The notes beneath the pieces were generated by a model that made no database searches, had not been told where the DNA came from, and saw nothing but the letters and a program-made list of their open reading frames with translations. Positions 52,470 through 64,000 of a stretch of DNA of 64,000 bases are shown in pieces. Numbering within the stretch: position 1 is the stretch's first letter; every line of letters begins with the position of its first letter. The DNA comes from Octopus vulgaris (taxonomy: Eukaryota), in the NCBI GenBank assembly GCA_951406725.2, contig OX597833.1:29016001-29080000 (forward strand). Direction: 5' to 3'. Position numbers and translations under genes: made by a program.

Positions 52470-55400
52470 AAAATGGTGATCCCAATGTGATCCAAACAAG
52501 TTTACATTTTACAGCAAATGAAAAGAAAAGCAAATGGATAGAACCATTAATGTGTCATAACTGTTCTAAATAGTTGATGTCTAAAATTTCTTTTTTCACA
52601 TTCAAACTTCGCCATCTTGCCTTCTCCAATTCATTTTGACATTCCTTGACATTCTTTTCTTCTCAATGGCTTTTTCTTCCTTTATAAAATGGGCAATTTT
52701 CCACTTCCTCAATTCCATGGGTAAGCGAAAATGTGGTTTTTGCAACTGGAGTCCTACTTTATTGTTTCCAGCAGTCGCCAGCCACTGGCCAAACTGCACA
52801 TCGTATTGTCCGGCTTATTGTCCCCACTCATTTGGTCTATCATGGATTTGCTTACAGATACACCAGATGGGATGTCCTACAAGGAGTTCAAGTCTGAGGT
52901 GCTACACAGAAACTCCATCTGCTGAGAGCAAGTCCTGTTCATTGCTGCAGGATGAATATTTGGGAGATAGGAAACCAAGTTTTTGAGATGGCTACGAGAG
53001 CCTTCGTTAAAGAACTCTTTTTCTCTCATATGCCACCCAACATCCAGTCAGCACTCCTATGACCAACTGGCCACCATGGCAGACAGGATTCTTAAGATCT
53101 CCAAAAACCCCTCTGGGGATAATATCATCACCAGTGCCACCTCTAAAACTTCTTCCATCAAGGTGGATAAACAATCTTCAGAGACCTTGAAAGCGATCCA
53201 GGATCTCACTTGGCAGGTTTCGTGCCTCTTTTTCTTTTTCATAGTCCCGTTCGAGAAACTGGCCCAAGACAGTGTTCTTCACGTGACCTTGTACTGCCAG
53301 CCCCTCCGGTTTGCTGGTACCACAGACAGTTCAAGGATCAAGCTCATCATTGTATACAGACCTACTCTTACACCCTGGCGGAAAACTAGCCAAGGAGACC
53401 CTGTGCATGTCAGTCATCTCCTTCATTGAAAATCCTCACTGTGCATTCTTAGTCCAAGGCGCAAAATCTTCAAAGTCTTTTATGGTAGACACAGGAGTCA
53501 GTGTTAGCATTTGGCCTCAACAGTATACGCTCACCAATCCTGCTCTCTTGGATATTTCTTTGTTCATAGTTAACCATTTCTGCTATCGAGACCTTCAGTC
53601 AAATCTCCCTTACTCTCGACTTGTCACTCTGTAGGGTATTCCAGTGGATTTTCATTATTGCTGACTTACCACATCCAATTTTGGCTGCAGATTTTCTTCA
53701 CCATTATTCACTCCTGGTGGATGTCAGGGGACTTCAACTTTTGGTTAGAACCACTTTACTTACTGCCTCCGGAGAGGATACTACCACTCCTGCTGAGAAT
53801 CCTTCATTCTTCGTAGCTGCTGCTGGAAACGTGTATCTATAGTTACATGCTTCATTTCCTGAATTAACAGATTTGACATTCCAGCTAACCAAGCCATTTT
53901 ATAATGACTAAAGAACCTCCTGTATTCTCCAGACCTCATCATTTGTCTCCAGAAATGCTGCGGATTGCCAGAGCTGAATTCGAGCATATGCTCTAGCTTG
54001 GCCTTATTCGTCCTTCCAAGAGCCCATGGGCCACGCCTCTGCACTTAGCAAAGAAAAGGCACCATAAATTTTCGTTTTTGTGGTGACTTTAGAAGGCTTA
54101 ATACTATCACAGTTTCAGATTGCTATCCAATTCCACATTTTCAGAATTTTTCTTCTGCCCTACATGGATGTAAATTTTTTTCCAAAATTGACCTGGTACG
54201 TGCATGCCATCAAATTCCCGTTAACCTTGAAGATATACCCAAGACAGCAGTAACAACACATTTCAGAGCATTTGAATTTTTATCCATGCTTTTTGGTCTT
54301 TGTAACACAGCAAGCACATTCCAGAGATTTATTGATGAAATCATTTGTGGCTTACCTTTTGTTTTTGCATATGTAGACAATCTTCTAATTGCCAGCACCA
54401 CTCAGGATCAACATACCCAGCATTTAACACAGTTATTCCAACATTTGCATTCTTTTGATGTGAAGATCGATCTGTCCAAATGTGAGTTTGGATCTTCCAG
54501 CTTGGAATATTTGGGACACTTCATAGACACTGATGGCATTCACCTGCTTCCTTCTAAAGTCGAGGCTATCAAACGCTTGTCTCCTCCTGTGTCTTTAAAA
54601 CAGTTAAGAACATTTCTGGGTCTAATTAATTTCTATAGAAGGTTCATTTCCAACTGGGTGGAAAGGTTGTCTCCTTTGACCCTGCTTTTAAAAGGATCAC
54701 CGACTAAAAATGCTAATATTTCATTGTCTCCTACTTGCTTTGCAAGTTTTCAAAAAGGCCAAGACCGAGCTAGCCAATGCATCCTTTTTGGCTCATCCTG
54801 CTCCTGACACCAGTCTGTCTGTAACAGTTGATGCTTCTGATTTAGTTTTGGGTTCTGTGTTGCAGCAAACTGTAAATGGACAAACTCAACCACTGGCTTT
54901 CTTTTCTCGCCAGTTGAAACCTGCTGAATTGCATTGCAGCATTTTCAGTAAAGAACTTTTAGCTATTTATCTTGCAATGAAGAACTTCGCTTACCTTCTC
55001 GAGGGTAGGGAGTTCACGGTTTTCACCGATCATAAACTGTTAACATTTGCACTGTTTACCAAAACTGACTGGTACTCGCCTAGAGAAACCAGGCACTTGG
55101 ATTATATCTCACAGTTCACCAGTGACATTCGCCACTTTGCAGACACTAACAACATTCTTGCAGACACCCTGTCTTGCCTCCCAGTTTGTTCTTTGTCGTC
55201 TCCTGCCTCAATTAATCTGGTCGCTATGGCTGCAGACCAACCTTCCTTGGACTCTTTGGACGTGACTTCACCGCACCTGCCTCTTCCATCATCTGAAGGG
55301 ACCATTTTTGTGATATTTCCACTGGGTCACCCTGACCCCTGGGCCCCGAGCATTATCATCATCCTGTTTTTGAACCTTGCACTCGCTATCACACCCAGGC

Positions 55401-55560
55401 ATTGTGGCCACAGATAAGCTTATTTTGGCTCAATTTTTCTGGCTGAATATGTGGCATTGTATTACTGTTTGGTAACATGCCTGTCTACATTGTCAGCATG
55501 CGAAAATACACAGACATGTGCAAGCTCCTTCAGGGCACTTCCAGCCGCTGGATTCCAGGT
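52470..55560 (+). mobile_element. Decayed Ty3/Gypsy internal region (gag-PR-RT-RH-partial IN); LTRs not confidently located
   Basis: PBS-like tggtgatccc at ~52474. Motifs: WFLQLESYF (gag); FMVDTGVSVS (PR); RPSKSPWATPL, FSKIDLVRA, FGLCNTASTFQR, AYVDNLLIAS (RT); VDASD, QPLAFFSRQL, ELLAIY, FTDHK (RH); HSLSHPG (IN zinc-binding). Many frameshifts. Confidence 0.9.
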
Positions 55561-55924
55561 TAAGTTTTCATCGTTCTTGACACAATCAAGATCTTGTGCA
55601 ACTGAAACCCAAGTGTCTTTCAAACTTGTCAGACATGCGTCTCATGCCCAAATCTTCAGTGATAATGGACTGAGATGGACCGTAACTAATCTGCACATCC
55701 TCTGATAACTCACGGATGGTGATTCAATGATTTTCCCCTCACAGATGCACATACATCTGTGATGTTTTTCTCAGTTCTGTTTAATAAACACATTCTACCA
55801 GTATATGAAGTTTAAAAGTGTTTAGTTAACTAGAAATTGTGTTGACTTGTGCTGTTCAAAAGGAAAAGATCCTGATGATGTATATATTTTCGCACTTATA
55901 CATATATATATATATAGACATATA

Positions 55925-55955
<31 letters not shown>

Positions 55956-56000
55956 GAATAAATAAATGGAGTTTAACGCAGGTATAAATCAAATATTTTT

Positions 56001-56084
56001 ACTTTCGACACGTTTCGAAAATTCCACTGATATTGTTCAAAAGAATAAATGGTATAAACAAAACAATCTTCTCTTCAAGAAAGT
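56001..56084 (-). ncRNA. Second copy of the same hammerhead (C3U core variant)
   Basis: actttc-UUGAAGA-gaagatt...ggaattttc-GAAAC-gt-GUC-gaaagt. Confidence 0.55.
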
Positions 56085-56171
56085 GAAAAAATGAAACTCG
56101 TCAATAAGACATTTTAGAAAAAAAAAAAAAAATTTTTGCTAAAATGTCTTATTGATGAGTTTCGTTTTTTC

Positions 56172-56255
56172 ACTTTCCTGAAGAGAAGACTGCTTTGTTT
56201 ATACCATTTATTCTTTTGAATAATATCAGTGGAATTTTTGAAACGTGTCGAAAGT
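56172..56255 (+). ncRNA. Type I hammerhead ribozyme motif with long stem II and minimal stem III
   Basis: actttc-CUGAAGA-gaagac...ggaattttt-GAAAC-gt-GUC-gaaagt; stem I actttc/gaaagt is perfect. Confidence 0.65.
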
Positions 56256-56447
56256 AAAAATATTTGATTTATACCTGCGTTAAACTCCATTTATTTATTC
56301 ATATATTATACAAAAAATTCCACGTAAACACGAAGTTTCTACCTTTATAAACAAGGAGTTACAATCTCTTTACTTGTGAGATTTTTTGCTACCCTGGTAA
56401 CTATTTATTTTTTCCGTGTTAATTGTTAACAAGGTAAAAATACACTC

Positions 56448-56486
<39 letters not shown>

Positions 56487-56489
<3 letters not shown>

Positions 56490-57279
56490 TTATATATATA
56501 AAACTGAGAATGTGTGTCTGTCTGTCTGCCTAAAACTTGAGAACTACACTATTTTAACTTTTTGCCTAGGGCGAGCCCACAGCAATATCATATCTTCTCC
56601 ACTGCGATTCCCTAAAACTTGAGAACTACACAACCAATTTCATTCAAATTTTACACATGCCTTACTTAGGGTCCATGTAGTTTCATGGGCAAAAAAAAAA
56701 AAAAGTTCAACTTCTTGCCTAGAGCGAGCCCATAGCAATATCATATCTTCTCCACTAATTCAGTATTACGTGTTAAAAGTGAAACAAAAATATTTCTCTA
56801 TTTTATGTCAGATGTTTTCACTTTAACAATAAAAATAATAATAACAATTGAATTATATGTAGTAAGTAATAATTAAAATCAAACTAAAGTAACATGACAA
56901 AAGTAAAAATAGCAATTGGTATAAAATTGCATCAATGATTTGAACTTGAATAAGTGGTTTCACATGAATGGGAATAAATTAAAAATATAATTAGCGTGCA
57001 GAAATGGAATAGTCCAGATGGATAATAAAAAATTAAATTAAAGAAAAGACTATTGTCTATAAAGTATACAATGTGGAGAAAAAAGAAGAGCTAACAATTC
57101 CAGTCTGTTATATATTTTGAGTATTGTTATCACTAGCGATATCAAGATATAACTTTGTATTTTGCATTTTATGTGTAGATGTATATATATAGATGTACAT
57201 ATAATATGTACACATATATATACATATATATATACATGCACTAGCGCTATGACCCGGCAACAACGGGTCTTTAATGCTA

Positions 57280-57280
<1 letters not shown>
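56487..57280 (+). mobile_element. Non-autonomous Helitron with internal duplication
   Basis: 5' A|TCtttatatatataaaactgag; 3' gacccg...cgggtc hairpin followed by CTAG|T (57277-57280); duplicated blocks cctaaaacttgagaactacac and gcgagccca.agcaatatcatatc. Confidence 0.75.
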
Positions 57281-57317
<37 letters not shown>

Positions 57318-57330
57318 AATAAGGATAAGG

Positions 57331-57408
<78 letters not shown>

Positions 57409-58231
57409 CGCACTCATATTTACATACTCATTTATACATACATACATACATACATTACTATTTAAAATAGCCTGACTCCGCTCCATGTGACGCAAATCTT
57501 CACAGAACTCCCACAGAAATTTAGCCCATTTTGGCTCAGATTACTGAGCAAGTAGCCCAGTTGCACAGCCAAATTGAACTGCTTAAAACAATAATACTAC
57601 ATGTATCTCCTACGAAATGTGTTGAGTACCTATTTCATTTGTTTGTCCACTCACTCATGTATGTAAACACACACACACACACACACAAGACATCTACATG
57701 TGTATATATGTATAAATGTAGATACCGACACACACATATATCTATGTATACACATATATAGTAAAAGAAGTAATAGTAATAATATTATTAGGATTAGAAG
57801 TTGTATTGATATTGTTATGATTATTGTGATTATTACTAGGATAATAATTATTATTAATGTTATTAAGTTTTTTTATAATTTAAGGAAGATATAATATCCC
57901 CTAAGCTAGGCTTTATGGAATAGCAGAATTTTATTGTATGTTTGTTGAATATTTTGTAGTGTTTAGTAGGAAGTGTTTTCTAATAGTTGAAAGAACAGAA
58001 AAGATACTTTAGTAAATAACACACTACAAAATGGAGTATTGTACGATATGGAAAATGAAAGGCAACATTGATTCATTTGGGTATTGAACTTAGGAATGTT
58101 GATGAACAATTCACAGTAAAATAGTCTGTCCAAACCTTAAGTTTCGGTCACTCCGTTATGATGACCAAATAACTCTAAACTCTTTGCTATAGCCATATTT
58201 TTGTGAAATATAAATGTATTGTATTTGTTAA

Positions 58232-60065
<1,834 letters not shown>

Positions 60066-60459
60066 ATGTGTTTGTTATTGGTCAGTTAAAGCAGTTGGTC
60101 CTACCCATGCACAATATCTTCTTCTTAGTCTGACAAAAAAGAAAAATAACTCAGTTGTTGTTGTTTAGTCTTTGTGGAGCAGACCTATGGTCAAAGGCAT
60201 TCCAATCATGACCATCCCCTTTTTTTTCAGACATAGTATATCCTGTGGAGGGCTAATTGGACCTGTGGCCCAAAACCAAAGAGAGTGATAATAACAAAGC
60301 ATTTATTGGTACCCTACCAATATGCTATTACTTTAAGTTCAGTTGAAATGAAAATCTTGTAACCTCGCTTATTTTTGGAGATCTTTTGAAATTTGAATAG
60401 AAGATATATATATATATATATATACATATATATGTGTATATGTATGTATATACGTATTG

Positions 60460-60665
60460 TGACTTTGTATCTGTTTGTCTCCCACCACCTCTTGATAAAT
60501 GGTGTTGCTGTGTTTACATTCACGTAACTTAGTGGTTCAGTAAAAGAGACCAATAAAATGTACTAGGCATAAAAAAGGAAAGAACTGGTGTCAATTTGTT
60601 CGATTAAATTCTTCAAGGCAGTACCCCAGCTTGACTTGCAGTCTCATAACTGAAAAAGATAAAAG
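60460..60665 (+). mobile_element. SINE family B 3' portion
   Basis: ggtgttgctgtgtttacattcacgtaacttagtggttcag body and the ggcagtaccccagc...ctgaaa tail. Confidence 0.65.
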
Positions 60666-61844
60666 AACCACTAAATTCCTTAGTAAAACTTAAAGCTAAG
60701 GGAGGTAACTCTTGTACCTCTCAGTCACTTTATCTGCTCGAAACAGCAACCCAAATGCTTTTAGATCAGATCCCAATGTTGGATGTTCAAGAACCAAATG
60801 AAGTGCAGATTTTTAATCTTGGGATCATCCTGATTCCAAAAAGGTATATTATGTCTATGTAGAGCAAATGTAGACTGTGATACAAGGATCCCAGACAGAC
60901 AGAATTTCATTTTAATATAGATGTACCTCCCTTTTGTTTTCAGTGGTAGGAGGGCATGATTTGAGAGAGATGTGGCTGCTATCTTTTAACAGGTTGAATG
61001 ACCAGGAAGACTGTCTTATTTTGTGTGGCCTAACTACTATTAAAGAAATATCAAGAGTGAATTAAAGATATTTAATGCTGAGGATCTGGCACAAGTAAAT
61101 CCAAAGACCCAGTCTTCATGAGAGGTCTGTGCTCATAATAATAATTTCTAAGACAGAAGGCCATTTTTTAGGGCAGTGTATTGGGGTCACTTAAATTGCC
61201 CCTGGTGTAATTTGTGTCCATTATGTGAAGAGACATAACTAAATATTGTTAGGCAAATTATCCAGCTCTCTATCAGTTTTGTCATCCTTTACCCTTAAAT
61301 GTTGATAGAGACATATGTTATTATTTTTGTGTTGTTGTTGTTGTTGTAAAGGATTGGCCGAATTGTTACAGTGTCTGACAAAATGTTTTGCAGTATTCAA
61401 CAACTCTTTATATTCTTGAGTTCAAATCTGAAGTCATCTCTGTTGTTTATCCTTCTAGTAGTAGTAGTAGTATGAGAAGGAATATGGGGGCATGTGTATC
61501 TCTGCATCGACCATCTGTTGGTGATTCTCTACTCCTGATGGATGACACCTCTAACCCATGGGTCAGTTTGGGTAGTCAGTGGTGATGGTTTTTAGTTGCC
61601 TCTAATGACACACACTTTGGATTTATTTTTTGACATGTTGGTCCCTACACAGCACTAGAGCAATTCTCAATCCTGGAAGTGAACCCATAATCTGGCAGTC
61701 GTGAGTGCAACTCTCTAACTGCTAGGCCACACACCATCTAAGACTGATGAAATATAATGCTGATAGGTTTAACCAACTGTTCTATACCCCTCCTTAAAAG
61801 TCTGTAGTTTTGAGGTAAGATTAGAAATCTTTATCATTGTAACC

Positions 61845-62512
61845 AGTGAGGTGGGGGTGTTTCCACTACATGGACTGTCTGTTTGTCTCTGGCTCAAAGT
61901 GATGAATCCAACACTCATCCTGGATTAGGAAATGTTCAAGGAAACCAGCTGGATCTGCCTCAAACAGTATCAGATTTCTGCATGATGAGGTCAGCTTGGT
62001 GTGCTTTTGATCAGGTGTCAGAAGACCATGGCACTCACTGAGCAGAAACCATATTCATTCCAAGTTCATTGTGCAGAATATTCACAACTCTCTAAAGGAA
62101 TATATGAATAGCACTAGCGCTTTGATTTACCATCAATCTATCATCCACTGGCATGTGGTGAACACAATGTTTTCCTCAGTGGACATCTAGACATTGGGTC
62201 ATCTATAAGACTCTCCCTTCCCCTCCTAAATTCAGCTGCCCACTTTTGGACTGTTGATAGAACTGGAGCATCATCCCCTAATGTAGCAACCATATCAGTA
62301 TGAATGTCCTTTTTCTCTAGGTACTTGATAACACTACAATACCAAATTTTGTCCATTTCCAAGAGAATTCACTACTAGTTACTTTTTGAAGTCTTCTTTG
62401 AACAGTTAGATGCAGTTATTAATAAGAAGAGCTGTAATCAATACATGCAAGATTTCATAGATCTAGCATCACTCCTTCATAGTCAACGTATGAACTTTTC
62501 AGCCACCCTCAT
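61845..62512 (-). mobile_element. 3'-truncated mariner element (N-terminal half of transposase)
   Basis: TIR-like end tatgagggtggctgaaaagttc; motifs SVIKYL...TVQKWAAEFRRGRESL.DDP, ILHNELGM, FLIQDECWIHHFEPET. Confidence 0.8.
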
Positions 62513-63293
62513 ATAACACTCATTTCTAACATTATTTAGACGGCCATTAGTTACAGCCTTTCCAGAACACATTAAATCTCAGTCTCTCCTTTCTTTTGCC
62601 AGTCATATAGCTAGCTCTACAGGAAACCTATTTTCATGTGTCATTCACTACTGACACAGCTCAACATTCAACATTCTTTGGACTAGACAAAGTCTCTCTC
62701 CTTCCTCTAAAAACCCATCCAAAGTTTATAGACCCACACTCCATCAAATTTGGTATGCTTATGCATTAGAGTCACTTCCTACAATACCCACACATATACA
62801 GATAATACCATTCTTCATCTATATCCTTATAAATACCAAAGTTTGTTTGTACATTGACTGCTGGAAACACTAAATAAAATTGATAATATTTCAGATTTTT
62901 CATGTCATTTAAATTAATGTGACCATTCTGCAGATAACTGTGCACTTTGGAATGACGAGGGTGGAGTTGGTGGTGTATTGGCTCCTATTTCTAGCAATCC
63001 ACGTACTGTCACTTCACTGTTATGCTTTTTACAGAATGAAAAATGCTCCATCTATCACTCCAACTTCTCTAAGTTTATACATTACATTTATTACTTTGAA
63101 ATTACTGATGGACCTCTGCTTTCTCTCTATCTATATGTCCCATTTTATGTCTCTATCTCTCTCACTATCTTCCTCTCTCTCTCTCTCTCACTACCTCTTT
63201 TTCTCTCTAGAGAAAAGACATCTGAGAGAGAGAAGTGAGGTTACAGAGAAAAAAACCAGACACCAGACCTGCTTTCTATATATCCCTCTCTAT

Positions 63294-63295
<2 letters not shown>

Positions 63296-63340
<45 letters not shown>
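63296..63340. repeat. (CT)n microsatellite
   Basis: Directly visible. Confidence 0.95.
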
Positions 63341-63343
<3 letters not shown>

Positions 63344-64000
63344 TGTATATGTGTCTCTCTCTCACTAGAAAAAGTACAGGACAGATAGAAAGGGGATTTA
63401 GGGGGAAAAAAAGTGAGACAGTGTGGGGAAGTGATGGCAGTATAGATTAATAGGTATTAGTGGTTGTGGTGGTAGTATTCTAGATATTTTAGTAACTTTT
63501 ATTGTAAGGAAAATGGCATTATGATAGTTGCCAATGTGTGCCTTATGAATACATTTGAGCATTGCACAGACTGGGCTGAAGGCTGGGAGGCCTGCTAGTT
63601 TCTCTCTAATCTTTAGCACCCTATCAGCATGCAGCCTAGACATCACATGCCAAATCTGCATTAACTCTATAAACAGAATTCTTGCAAACATCCTCCTAAG
63701 AGGTTACATCATTTTTGTGTCTTTCAACAATACAATAACACAGTCACTACACATATAAAAAAAACAAACTATTGCACTCATAACTTCTAACTATGAATAA
63801 CATGCAACTAGAATCTGCAAGGCCACTACGAATTTTAAGCTTTACTGTCACATCCTGGTCAAGGCACATCTTCATATCAAAGACTGCCTCTTTGATAATC
63901 AGAACTAGAAAATATTCGATTCCCAACAACTACTGACATTCTACACAGCTTACATAAGATCCATGATGGGGTTCTGCTCCCAATTTGGTGCTGCTGCTAC

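Larger units (their letters stand above)
55950..56455. mobile_element. Penelope-like inverted pLTR palindrome (arms 55950-56117 / 56139-56306) with a hammerhead in each arm and a ~150-bp 3' extension
   Basis: ~168-bp near-perfect inverted arms around a 21-nt A/T spacer; flanked by (TA)n on both sides. Confidence 0.75.

Noticed and set aside
55560-55810. Gypsy 3' LTR
   Set aside because: Has an aataaa and an LTR-like position, but no matching 5' copy or TG...CA/TSD could be confirmed.

Overview
AT-rich, microsatellite-dense animal genomic DNA. The SINE/LINE repertoire suggests an octopus (inference; not verifiable here). The only host gene I can support is one 1.59-kb coding exon (58263-59852, + strand) encoding the N-terminus of the long isoform of Capicua (CIC-L). 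The rest is intron/intergenic DNA packed with decayed mobile elements: tRNA-type SINE families (some in tandem arrays), a near full-length RTE LINE with a 12-bp TSD, fragments of Tx1/L1, CR1, RTE and Dong/R4 LINEs, three mariner relics, a Gypsy internal region, Helitrons and a piggyBac-type MITE. The most unusual signal is a set of small non-coding elements carrying type I hammerhead-ribozyme cores. One is a 364-bp terminally redundant, rod-folding retrozyme-like unit (43689-44148). Two are inverted-repeat, Penelope-pLTR-like elements with a hammerhead core in each arm (38125-39285, 55950-56455). There is also a degenerate HDV-like fold at the RTE 5' end. Most short ORFs in the supplied track are microsatellite or antisense artefacts. 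TE boundaries are approximate unless termini are quoted.
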